Source of the DNA: Octopus sinensis
Taxonomy: Eukaryota
Reading direction: 5' to 3'
Length of the DNA: 64,000 nucleotides
NCBI RefSeq assembly: GCF_006345805.1
Contig: NW_021833285.1
Coordinates: 29,938-93,937 of the forward strand
Under the pieces are notes generated by a model that saw nothing but the letters and a program-made list of their open reading frames with translations, was not told where the DNA came from and ran no database searches. The stretch's first letter is position 1. Each line of letters starts with the position of its first letter. Below are positions 1 to 11,789 of the stretch, piece by piece. The position numbers and the translations under genes are program-made.

Positions 1-396
1 GCCTGGAGGCCAACCTGGCCGTGCTCGGATAGTGCCATTGGAAGAGAACATACTGTACTCTCCTCCAATGTTATTCTTATAGCACATGTCAGACATTAGA
101 AGACAAATTTCTGGAGAAGTCCCAGAAAGAAAAACATTTTTGTTAACTCCCCAGTCAAAAGGAATACTTCTTTCTACGACATGTTCATTTCGTGACAGTG
201 CCTCCGCAGTGTCTCAATGAACACTTCTTCGCCGCCTATCAGTATAGGAACAGAGGTTTCCATCAGCAGGAATGAGTCCCGTGAGGTGGCTTATTTTCTG
301 CGTTTTTCTCTCAATAAAACACAATCGCCATTTCGTCTGCTTGGACAATAAATCCCTTACTTGACTCGCTGTAAGATATTTCCCAACATTTTTTTG
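1..396 (-). pseudogene. Unidentified coding-like frame (~130 codons, one in-frame TGA), running off the window edge
   Basis: Manual translation: QKNVGKYLTASQVRDLLSKQTKWRLCFIERKTQKISHLTGLIPADGNLCSYTDRRRRSVH*DTAEALSRNEHVVERSIPFDWGVNKNVFLSGTSPEICLLMSDMCYKNNIGGEYSMFSSNGTIRARPGWPPG. TGA at 216-214; possible acceptor cttacag at 370-369. No family recognised. Confidence 0.25.
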
Positions 397-1038
397 TTAA
401 AATAATCAAAAGACGAAGTAAAACTTCTACCTATTAAATTATTAGATTCCGCCAGCCGCAGTGACGTATTTAGAAAGACGAGAAAAACGAAAATTAAGTT
501 CAACGGTGCTGACGTCAGAGAGCAAAATAAAATAGAATAATAAAAAAAATATGGGGAGAAAATCGAAATTTTAAAAAGAATGTTATACGAGTGAAAAAAT
601 ATAATAACCAGGCCGTAGTTCTTATAATGAGAGATAACAGGAAATACTGTGTAATAGTTTCTTTGAATGGAATATAGATTTTCTTTGCGAAATCACATCG
701 ATATAAATAATGAAATGAATAAATATAAAAATATATAAACGTATAAAAAAAATCTTTCATTGATGAATTGGCAAATAAAGGAATAAATGAATAATTAGAA
801 AAATAAATGGAAAAAGAGAAAATTTATGCATTAAAACACTTTTGGTTATAGCTTTCAAAGGTAAAAATGACCGCATCGCATCCATCCGTATGTAAATGTC
901 TGTGTGTGTGTGTGTTGGTGTAGCTATGTCTCTCTTCTTCTCAATCTCTCTCTCTCTCTCTCTCTGTCTCTTTCTCTGTGTTTATATATATGCGTACATG
1001 TGTGTATGTAAAAATATATATGTATATATATACGTATC

Positions 1039-1073
<35 letters not shown>

Positions 1074-1084
1074 TATATATAATA

Positions 1085-1572
1085 ACTAGCATTAAAGACC
1101 CGTCGTTGCTGGTCATAGTGCTAGTGCATGTATATATGTGTATATATATATATGTCAACGGAGCGAGTCAACGGAGCGTGCAAGGGAGTACTCGACTCGA
1201 ACTTGCAAAGTGGAAATATTTTAGTTTTACCTTTATATCTGGGACGTAGGATGTCCCGGAAAATAATTTTAAATGCCCCCCACCCCCAGAAGTAGAGGTA
1301 GGCTGGATTGTAGCCACACTTCTATACAAGAGGGAGGACAAGATACAATTGATCGAAATTACAAGAGACGGGCTAACAATTCCAGTCTGTTATATATTTT
1401 GAGTATTGTTATCACTAGCGATAACAAGATATAACTTTGTATTTTGTATTTTATGTGTAGATGTATATATATATATATATATAGATGTACATGTAATATG
1501 TACACATATATATATACACATATATACATGCACTAGCACTATGACCCGGCAGCGACGGGTCATAATGCTAGT
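1085..1572. mobile_element. 488-bp inverted-repeat structure capped at both ends by a 41-bp hairpin (Helitron 3'-end-like), lying in (TA)n
   Basis: ACTAGCATTAAAGACCCGTCGTTGCTGGTCATAGTGCTAGT at 1085-1125 and ACTAGCACTATGACCCGGCAGCGACGGGTCATAATGCTAGT at 1532-1572 are inverted copies. The inner flanks (gcatgtatatatgtgta / tacacatatatacatgc) extend the inverted repeat by ~25 bp. Confidence 0.55.
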
Positions 1573-1681
1573 ATATATATATATATATATATATATTCTT
1601 TTATTCTTTTATTGTTATATGCTTCAGCCTTGAGGCTGCAGCAATGCTGGGGCACCATATATATATATATATATAATATAA

Positions 1682-1722
<41 letters not shown>

Positions 1723-2253
1723 TATATAATATATATATATATATATATATAATGTAAGTAAATATATATATGTATATATATATACATATAAATATATAAT
1801 ACAAATAAGAAAAGGGAGGAAGAAACAAATTTGGTTTGTTCATCAACTTACAGATATTATAATGTTGGATTATTTATTCATTATACAAATTAGAACATCA
1901 AAAGCATAGAAAAATATTATATAAATCAACAGAAAAGATAATAATACAAATACAGATTTTAAAATTCATAGTATAAATTAGTGAAATCCTAAAGATTACT
2001 TCTCACATCTGTTTCAGCCTATGGTCAAAAGTAAATTTAATTTTCATTGCCTATAGGTGTCAACATACTAAGGTTGTAGGCATTTAAAAAATATAATACA
2101 AAAATACAATATATTACAAAAACCATAGGCCTCGACAGAGGTAATAAAGAACTTTAAAAATATTAATATTAATATTAATATACTAAACATGATACACATA
2201 TTACTTAATATATAAAAAATAAACAATAAACAAATATCCAAATATGCATACGT

Positions 2254-2299
<46 letters not shown>

Positions 2300-2857
2300 T
2301 GATCAAAATAAAATAAAAACATGATGCGAAGGATTCAGCGGTACATATGTTTCGGGCCTTTATTAGACAGATTTATAACAATGCATAATGTATGTCTGTG
2401 GCCTTCTTCAGCCGCGCACAACAGCTTCCACAAGGACATGTGTTACATCAAAAATTCTTGGTTGGGGATGCAAATCCTCTCATTCGCGTACGACATAATG
2501 CGGCAGCAGCATAGAATTGAAGCGTCCATCTCTTTATCGAAATGGTAGGCCCCCAATATATATATATATCTTACATACTATAATAATGTCTTCTAACACA
2601 TCAAAAATTCACGATACAAGATTCAATATATATATATTCATACATATATATATATGCATACAAAATACATGCGTATAAGCATATAAACCAGACAATCAGA
2701 ATATAGTTATCATTTCATACATCCACGTAAAGCAAACAAATTCAATTGTAAAATCCAATTGAGTAATTCCCAACTTTTTGTCAAAGCTGAATTTAATCAT
2801 CCACAGTATTTATGCTTATGTTATATGTATAATAAAGATTTTCAAAATTATTGGGGG

Positions 2858-3285
2858 CGTCGAACCGCTTATTTATTTTTATCAATCCCATTTGGCGAAC
2901 CATTAAGTTATTTCATCGAACCCCTTTGGCGAACCGCTAGGTTATTTTATCGATGTTATTTGGCGAACCGCTAAGTCATTTTATCGATCTTCTTTGGCAA
3001 ACTGATAGGTTATTTTATCGATCACGTTTGGTGAAACGCTATGTTATTTTATCAATCTCATTTGGTGAACCGCTAAGTTATTTTATCTTTATCCTTTGGA
3101 GAACTGCTAACTTATTTTATCGATCTCGATTGGTGAACCGCTGTTATTTCATCGATCTCCTTTGGCGAACCGCTAAGTTATTTTATCGATCCCCTTTGGT
3201 GAACCTCTAAGTTATTTTATCGATCTTCTTTGGAGAACCGCTAAGTCATTTTATCGATCTCGATGGCGAACTGCTAATTTATTTT
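2858..3285 (+). repeat. 34-bp minisatellite, ~12 diverged units
   Basis: Unit TTTGGCGAACCGCTAAGTTATTTTATCGATCYCC; successive unit starts at 2891 and 2925 are 34 bp apart. Confidence 0.9.
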
Positions 3286-4125
3286 AAGACTGGACATCTT
3301 CTGCCCAATTTCAATCTAATATTCAACGTGGTAAAGTGGAAGCGGATTAAGCGCAGAAATCTAATTTCTTATAAATAGGAGAGAGGTAGATGGGGAAAGA
3401 TAGAGAGTAAGAGAAAACGAGGGAGAGTCCGAGAGAAAGGAAGAGTAAGAGAGTGGGAAGGTGAGAGATAAAGGAGAGAGAAACAAAGTGGGATAATGTG
3501 GCGATAAGAAACTAAAAGGAAGCAACAGAAAGTAACAACCACACTCTTACCCACGCGCAGAGTGGGTCACCTTAAGCTAGTTTTTTATATATTGCGAGCT
3601 GGATTTAACGGGCGAGTATCCACCACTGAGGATGATCACAAATAAGTCGAAACCGTACGGTCTAGTGGTCTCGTGGCTAGAAGATGGAAGGAGATCACTC
3701 CCCTGCTTGCAATATATAGCGGATGCAGATTGCATCGAATAGCCAGAACAGCTATGTTGAAATGGCGATAAACAGTACTTCTCAGTATGGTTAGTTCCTC
3801 CATCTCTTTTACAGGTTTTATAACTAGCTAATGTCATGCATTTATTGGGATTAGGACTAAGATTGTAAGAACATTCATTCTTTACTCAAGTGTTTTGGTG
3901 GCATAAATAAATGAAGTGTAGCGATGCTAAACGAGATTTGGAACAGATATACGAGCTCCGCTCGCAGAAAGTTTATTTGCAAGGACAAACGTTTGAGGCT
4001 AGAATACTGTCAATTAAATTCATCCCAGTACTTGACCGGTACTTTGTTTTATCGACCCTAGAAGGTTTAAAATCCAAGTTGATCTCATCAGGATTTGAAA
4101 TAAGAACGTAAAAGGCTGTAATTAA

Positions 4126-5131
4126 TGCGGCCGGTAATAAAGTCACAGGGAAAAAGTCACAGAAAAAATGTCACAATTTTGGCTAGGAAAAAGAGTCACA
4201 ATTAATTTATGGTGGCTGGTAATAAAGTCACAGGGAAAAAGTCACATAAAAAGTCACAATTTTGTCTAGGAAAGAAAGTCAGGAAAGAAATTTTGTCTAG
4301 GAAAGAAAGTCAGGAAAGAAATTGTGTTAGGAAAGAAAGTCAGGAAAGAAATTTTGTCTAGGAAAGAAAGTCAGGAAAGAAATTTTGTCTAGGAAAGAAA
4401 GTCAGGAAAGAAATTTTGTCTAGGAAAGAAAGTCAGGAAAGAAATTTTGTCTAGGAAAGAAAGTCAGGAAAGAAATTTTGTCTAGGAAAGAAAGTCAGGA
4501 AAGAAATTTTGTCTAGGAAAGAAAGTCAGGAAAGAAATTTTGTCTAGGAAAGAAAGTCAGGAAAGAAATTTTGTCTAGGAAAGAAAGTCAGGAAAGAAAT
4601 TTTGTCTAGGAAAGAAAGTCAGGAAAGAAATTTTGTCTAGGAAGAAAGTCAGGAAAGAAATTTTGTCTAGGAAAGAAAGTCAGGAAAGAAATTTTGTCTA
4701 GGAAAGAAAGTCAGGAAGAAATTTTGTCTAGGAAAGAAAGTCAGGAAAGAATTTTGTCTAGGAAAGAAAGTCAGGAAAGAAATTTTGTCTAGGAAAGAAG
4801 TCAGGAAAGAAATTTTGTCTAGGAAAGAAGTCAGGAAAGAATTTTGTCTAGGAAAGAAAGTCAGGAAAGAAATTTTGTCTAGGAAAGAAAGTCAGGAAAG
4901 AAATTTTGTCTAGGAAAGAAAGCAAAAATATTCTTCAAGTCAGTTACAGTTTATCAAAGTTCTATAAACAATTAAGGTAATAAAACAGAAAATATTTAAA
5001 GTCAATTAACTGGCAATACATGACTTGTACATATTGACAACACTATATATGATGGCATTGCATGTGACTTCTTTTCCTGTGACATTTTTTTCCGTGACTT
5101 TTTCCCGTGACCTTTTTTTTTACCTGGATTC
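4126..5131. mobile_element. Non-autonomous DNA transposon (MITE/foldback type) with internally repetitive TIRs and an 8-bp TSD
   Basis: GTAATTAA at 4118-4125 and 5132-5139. Left arm ggtaataaagtcacagggaaaaagtcacagaaaaaatgtcaca is inverted against the right arm tgtgacatttttttccgtgactttttcccgtgacc...ttacc. Superfamily not determined (an 8-9 bp TSD fits hAT, P or MULE). Confidence 0.75.
4258..4922 (+). repeat. 31-bp tandem array, ~21 near-identical units, inside the MITE
   Basis: Unit AATTTTGTCTAGGAAAGAAAGTCAGGAAAGA, with occasional 1-bp deletions. Confidence 0.95.
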
Positions 5132-5903
5132 GTAATTAAATATCCAAACATGTCGTTTGTTGGATGCTCTAACGACCGTGTCAATCCACTGTCGGAAATA
5201 TGAACCAAAAAAGGAGAGCGTTCATACGGCTACTTGATTTGCTAGAAATGACAACCAAATCTCTCTTAAATGACAAATCAAATCACGTCTTAAATTAAAA
5301 GAAAACAGACACGCTAAATAATGTATTCCAAGATATCCCTTAAAATACGGGACGGTCACAGCTGGAATGTCTTTAGCCATTCGATTTGTTTGAAACTAAA
5401 CAACATTGACAATATGACAATAAAAACAATAACATCAACTATTGAAAATATTAAAAAAAAACATACTAATAAAAAAGAAGCATTTCTGTTTCAACTATTA
5501 TGGTTTCTTTTCCAAAATATTCCAGACATAATCTCTCTGGTATTATACTGTCGTCTGCTTGCGTTTGTAGAAAATAAATCGAACATTAGAGAAACACAAC
5601 ATTCAGGAGAAAAATATTTTAATACGTTAACATGACATTATCATTGACGATGATTACTCAAGAGGAATTATTTTCTACTGTTCTTTTATTTTATTTTATC
5701 TTTTATTAGTTTCTGCGTGCAGGAAGAGGCTCTCTTGAGCACTTGGTCAACACCTTCCGCCAAAAGTGTTAGCCAATGGTCGCCACCGTTGGCGCCGTGA
5801 ATAGCGAACTTAAATTACTTTTCTTTACTGTCTCTTTTCGAATTCTTGATTCATTTTTTTTAACAAGCACACTCAGATTATATCTGGCTTCCAGATACAG
5901 CGC

Positions 5904-6412
5904 TTGGATGCTCTGAGAAGCATCCTCTGTGATATTAGTGCCGTTACTGGAGACGTAGGAAGTTTAGGATCTGTTTTTGCTTCTTTTTTTTTCGTTTTTT
6001 CAACCTTATAATCTGTCTCGTGCATTTGATTCAGAAAGTCCATAAATAGTTAAGAGTAAGCTAGGTACAGTCTGAAATAATACCGCGGTTATGATCGACT
6101 AATATTTTTTGAAGGTGATGTCCCAGCATGGCCGCAATCCAATGACTGAAACCGTTAAAAAGTATAATGAAATAAAATATATAATTTTAAGAATCCATTC
6201 GAGCAATCATTCACATTTGTTGTGATAAACTAAAAGCAATTTGTTTTTAAAGTCACTTTTTAAGTACTTGTTCTATTTTTCACAAACGCAACCAGAGAGC
6301 AACACAAGAAAAAGATTAAATATGATTTCACGATTCTTTAATTGGATGCTCTGGGATGCACCATCAGTGATGCTGGCGATGTTACATGGGTCGTAGGGAG
6401 TTTAGGGTCTAT
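5904..6412. repeat. Diverged ungapped ~70-bp direct repeat pair (5904-5974 and 6342-6412)
   Basis: ttggatgctctgagaagcatcctctgtgatattagtgccgttactggagacgtaggaagtttaggatctgt versus ttggatgctctgggatgcaccatcagtgatgctggcgatgttacatgggtcgtagggagtttagggtctat; 19 mismatches in 72 nt by hand count. Confidence 0.7.
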
Positions 6413-6535
6413 CGACATGAAAAAAAGAACAGAAAAAAGGGAAAGCGAAAAGTGTCATTGACGTTTCGGACATAAAGTCACTCACCAGAAAAGAAGGACT
6501 GTAGAAAGAGAAGGGGGTTCGGAAAGAGAAAAAAA

Positions 6536-6694
6536 AGACATAACTGTGTGATAGGATGTACGCTTTCCGACTACATGGTCTCCAGTTCAGTCTCTCAGCG
6601 CGGTACCATGGGCATGTGGCGTCTACTATAGCCTCGGACCGACCAAACCCTTGTGAGTGGATTTGATAAACGGAAACCGGAAGAAGTCCGTCGT

Positions 6695-6740
<46 letters not shown>

Positions 6741-6967
6741 TGTGTGTGTGTGTGTGTGTGTATTTGTGCTTGTGTTTGTCTCCACCTCCGCTTGACAACC
6801 GGAGTCGGTGTGTTTATGTCCCCGTCACTTAGCGATTCGGAAAAAGAAGCCGATATGTATCAGTTGTTAAAAAACGTAAGTACTGGGGCCGATTCGATCG
6901 ACTAAAATTCTTCGATGCGGTGCCCCAGCATGGCCACAGTCTAATGATTGAAACAAATGTAAAAAAT
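6536..6967 (+). mobile_element. tRNA-derived SINE with an internal (GT)n tract
   Basis: Decayed tRNA-like head, body ...actatagcctcggaccgaccaaacccttgtgagtggatttg..., (GT)n, then tail gcggtgccccagcatggccacagtctaatgattgaaac. Homologous pieces occur at 41655-41875, 49270-49495, 50345-50485 and 51783-51940. Confidence 0.8.
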
Positions 6968-6990
6968 ATATGATAGATACGCATCTATCG

Positions 6991-7041
<51 letters not shown>

Positions 7042-7102
7042 GATCTATCGATCTATCTATCTGTCTATCTATCTATCGATCTATCTATCTATCTATCTAT
7101 CG

Positions 7103-7158
<56 letters not shown>

Positions 7159-7681
7159 GTCTGTCTCTCTCTCTATATATATATAAACAAATATAAATAT
7201 AAACCTCCCACCACACTACACTACACCATACGACATTACACATCACATCATACATACATACACACGTCCAGACCTTTCATACGCACATACATACTCTCTC
7301 ATACACACACGCACCCTTATGTTGGGGCGAGGTCATTTGACCTTGTTATCTCCCCTACTATCCCTCTTGCGTCTCACGTTTGATCTTAGACTTCTGGTCG
7401 AAATCAGATCGCCATGTTGATTCGCTAGCCCCTGCACGCATTTTTTTCTCTCCTTGTTTCTTTCCGTGTTTCTTTTCTGTGTATCTTTCTGTTGAAGAGC
7501 GTAGGCTCGAAACGTAAAAGACTTGTTTTATTTATATTCCTGAGCGCCATACTAATACAATTGTTTGTTTGTATTCCACCTGCCTTCGTCATTTGTTTAT
7601 TTTCGTAAACCTTCCCGTTATACATATATATATATATATTTGTTTATATGTAAGCAAGCGTGCGAATGTGTGTGTGCGTGT

Positions 7682-7823
<142 letters not shown>

Positions 7824-7968
7824 TGTGTGTGGTGTGTGTGTGTGTGTGTGTGTGTGCAATATATATATTGCAGCGAAAACAAATGGTGGAAATTAACATT
7901 ACTCGGCAATCATTTCACTAAAAAAATATTCTTAAATCAACTAACGGGGTACTAAAGCTTGCAACAAG

Positions 7969-8016
<48 letters not shown>

Positions 8017-8232
8017 TGTGTGTGTGCGTGCGTGTGTGTGTGTGTGCGTATGTGTGTGTTTGCTAGACACATTTTATCATCAAAACATATTGAGAGTGAA
8101 AGCCGTGGAGTTCAGTGATGTTGATTTAAGTATATTTATCATTCGATAAAAACTGTTTATCAAAACTTCGGCGAGTAATATTTATATTTATTTCAGCTGT
8201 AAATATGAGCATTTGGTTCAAACAGTTGTTGT

Positions 8233-8513
8233 CAGAGGCGGATTGGCCAGGTTTCCAGCTTGCCCGATGGCAAGTGGGCCCCTGCGCCATTAGAATCCAT
8301 ATATAGGGGACAATGTTAGTATCTAAGGGGCCCATTCCCTCAAGTTTGAGAATTTTTTATTCACTCCTGGAAAAATGTTTTAATTATTTCAAAAGAAAAA
8401 AAGAAAAAGGACTTAAATGATAGCATCCTAATTGCGGGCGGGCCCCGTTGTAGTTGCGTGTGGGTCCTCTCAGTCTCCTGGCAACCGATACTTTTAAATC
8501 CAGTCCGCTACTG
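8233..8513. mobile_element. hAT-like MITE (281 bp)
   Basis: Termini CAGAGGCGGATTGG and CCAGTCCGCTACTG (imperfect 14-bp TIR, CAG...CTG). Perfect 8-bp TSD GTTGTTGT at 8225-8232 and 8514-8521. Confidence 0.8.
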
Positions 8514-9544
8514 GTTGTTGTGCTTTCGTTGTTCCAAAGAAAATCTCAAAGAAGTTTTCAGAAACCTACAACAAACCGATGTGTCCGAGGATTTTTATTT
8601 CGTTGATAGCTCTGATAGAAATAACAGCCAAATCTCCCTCAAATCACATCATGTGGGACACAGTATATGATGCAGACTCAGGCATACTTTTTGGAGAAAA
8701 AGATAAGATGGTCACAGCCGGAACCTCTGGGACGCCTGCTCGGTCGTTACTGATCCGGGTTCAAATCACAACGGAACATAATTTTAAGAAGCAAACCGGG
8801 GCACCTCGATGTGGTTGTTCAATCTGCTGGAAATATCAGCCAAATGTATCTCCCTCAAATTAAATCTGACTTAGAAAATGAAATGACTCGAACATTGCAG
8901 TGACGCGAAAAAGGAGCGAAGGTCAAGAATGGAGCGGGTTTTATTGTAAGCGGGCTGGGACAGACTTTGAGTTAAACAACAACATCAATAACAACAACAA
9001 CCAAAAAAATATACAGAATTTATTGACATAAAAACAGAAAACGGTTGTATGTGTTTGTGAATATAGATGCGTGCGTATGAGTATTTATGTGTATGTGTGA
9101 GAGAGAATGGAAGATACAGGTGAAAGCAATGAATGTGGATTATGTACGCGCGCGCGTGTGTGTGTGTGTGTATGTGTGTGTGTGTGAAAAAGAGAGACGG
9201 AGACAAGGAGAGAGAAGCGAAATATTACGGTAGACCAAAAAGCACAACCGAGAAGCGGGAGAGCGAGGAGAGAGAGAGGGAGAGAGAGAGAGAGAAAACA
9301 ATGAAGATAGCTTTGATAAAGACAAGAGATCAAAGGAAGATAGAGAGAGATATAAATCATGTTGGAAACGAGAAAGAATAAAAATTGAGTATTTACTAAC
9401 AGTAAATGGACGAATTCATCGAAGTTTGCGCTGGCTTTTCTTTTCTTCCTAGACTCGTTGGCACGCTGTCGTCTATACATGGTATTTGTGTATATACATG
9501 CATACGTACATGCATACATACATATATCTGTGTGTATATGTATG

Positions 9545-9580
<36 letters not shown>

Positions 9581-9603
9581 ATATATATACATACATACAT
9601 ACA

Positions 9604-9634
<31 letters not shown>

Positions 9635-9937
9635 TAAATAACACATACCGGTATCTCTTTTATATGTAATTACATCCATTCGTAATTATATATGTGTGTG
9701 TATTTAAGTGTGCAATATATAAATATATGTATATATAATTACGTAATATATACACATATGCATATAGACATATAAATACATATATATACATATACCATAA
9801 AACACACACGTATGACATACAAGCACGCATACATAAGAACGGACATATACAGTCATAAATGCATACATACATACATACATACATACATACATACATACAT
9901 ACATACATACATACATACATACATACACGCTTGTATG

Positions 9938-9968
<31 letters not shown>

Positions 9969-10361
9969 ATGATGTAGGTTGTAAATAAATTAAAAATTGA
10001 TTTTGTGACAAATTTCTTTTGCCGTTTCGTGGTATAATAGGTTTCAAACTTATTTAGAACAAAAAATATTCCGAAAAAGAAAATCTCAAATGGAATAATT
10101 ACAAAATGTTACGTCATCGGAAATGGATAGGAGACGAAAAAAGAGAAAGAGAAAGAACAAGAGAGAAAGACAGAGACAAAACGAGATGGAGAGAGAGAGA
10201 GAGAAAGGGAGACTTATCATTTTGTAAGATTTGCTGCGGTAGAACCGTCGTCTTTGATTTTCCCAAAATAGAGTTCCAAAGAGATTGGCGAATGTAATGA
10301 GATACAAAAACAACTCGATATGTATGTAGGTTGTATGTATGTATGTATGTAGGTATGTAGG

Positions 10362-10404
<43 letters not shown>

Positions 10405-10952
10405 ATATATATATTATATATATATATATTATATGTATTATATATACACACACATATATATATATACATATAAATACATACATACTGTTTTAACGAAGCC
10501 GCGTCTTGTCCCTACGTTCGAAACGCGGATTAGATAAAACAGCCGACAACTGATGAAGGGAATCTTCTTTATGTTGCCTGTCTTGTTTCTCTATGTTTTT
10601 TTTTCATTGTTCGAAATAAAAGTTCGTTTGCCGTGTTTTTGTCTTTCATGTTCTCGTTTCTCAATTTGTTCACGCTTTTTTGAAGTCCTGTACCCATATA
10701 TGCATGTATATATACATATATATACGTAGGTATGTATATACATAAGCATATATGTAGTATTTATATTATCATATATATATAAAATATATATTTGAAATTA
10801 AACATTGAGAAATATATATATGAAAGTAAACAAATGTTGAGGTGTATTGAAAGATACAGAAATAAATTTTCTAATTCTCAAATGCGTGATAATGCTAATA
10901 AAATAGCGTGAATAAATTAAATTGTCTATACATTGCAGAAAAATACGTTACC

Positions 10953-11024
10953 AGCCAGCCGTGAGACTCGAACTCACATCCTTGTGATTACGCGTCAAGT
11001 GCTTTACCATTAAGCTAATCTGCC
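10953..11024 (-). pseudogene. tRNA-like sequence (Thr-CGT-like), decayed or repeat-derived
   Basis: GGCAGATTAGCTTAATGGTAAAGCACTTGACGCGTAATCACAAGGATGTGAGTTCGAGTCTCACGGCTGGCT. A and B boxes and a perfect T arm (GTGAG/CTCAC) are present, but the acceptor and anticodon stems are mispaired and position 33 is G. Confidence 0.6.
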
Positions 11025-11789
11025 CAGTAACGAATTCTTCTGCAATTTTAGAACTTATATGCATGTATATACTCCTTTATCTATTTCTTTTTCTCGGTAA
11101 TACGTTGTATGCGATTCCGTATATCATGAGGTGTCTTGATACCCGTTGTCTCTCTGTTTATGCTTTTAATCTGTTATACATTTTCATGCTCAATCGGAAC
11201 ATTGCTTGCAGCCAATCTTCATTTAAAAATTTATGATATCTTTGCATTGAAAGTTGGAGTTTAGACAGAAATAATTCAGCTTGAACACCTATTGCATACA
11301 CTTATTATCTTACGTCACTCGACATTCGTATTACGCACAATAGTCATGTGTGTGTGTAAGTGCGTGCGCGTGTGCCTATGTATTTATAGCAAGAACCGAT
11401 TTATAAATATCAAAGAATATATCCGCTCTAATTAAGAGTTCAATTGATATATAACAGGTCATTAAACTCTAGCTCGTTATTAATTTACAGTAAGTCCAAG
11501 TTGGACCGATTTGTACGTATATGCATAATAGGTTAAAACGATGTTTTTCACATATTTACCATAAATGCAGAAAAACAAAAAAAATGCTCATAGTTCATAC
11601 TACAGTTAAAGTATGAACTATACATGTGAAATTTTATGATTCCTCCTTTTATGCTAAATATATATTTAGAGGGTGTTTGGGTTAAATTGGGAAGTTTGCT
11701 TAAATGGGGAAGAAACCACAATATCTCATCCAAAAATGAAAGTATTTTGAAAACTAAAAAACAAAATCAATTAGATTATGGCTGAGAGA

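Larger units (their letters stand above)
3979..5195 (+). mobile_element. Decayed SINE split by a MITE insertion
   Basis: SINE body (cccagtacttgaccggtactttgttttatcgacc...agaacgtaaaaggctgtaattaa) stops at 4125 and resumes at 5132 (gtaattaaatatccaaacat...ctctaacgacc). It matches uninterrupted copies at ~38900-39075 and 28295-28515. Confidence 0.6.

Noticed and set aside
214-216. In-frame TGA as selenocysteine
   Set aside because: No CxxU/UxxC or known selenoprotein context, and no SECIS can be assessed. Mutation or error is more likely.
2858-3285. 34-bp array as a CRISPR array
   Set aside because: Units are contiguous with only ~4 variable nt and no unique spacers; there are no cas genes; the context is eukaryotic and the unit derives from a SINE.
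4258-4922. 31-bp array as a CRISPR array or telomeric repeat
   Set aside because: No spacers, and it lies inside a TSD-flanked MITE.
10490-10620. Hammerhead from cgaaac (10519) and ctgatga (10551)
   Set aside because: I could not build stem III with a GUH triplet or a stem II adjacent to GAAA in any permutation.
10953-11024. Functional tRNA-Thr gene
   Set aside because: Two acceptor-stem and two anticodon-stem mismatches, and G at position 33.
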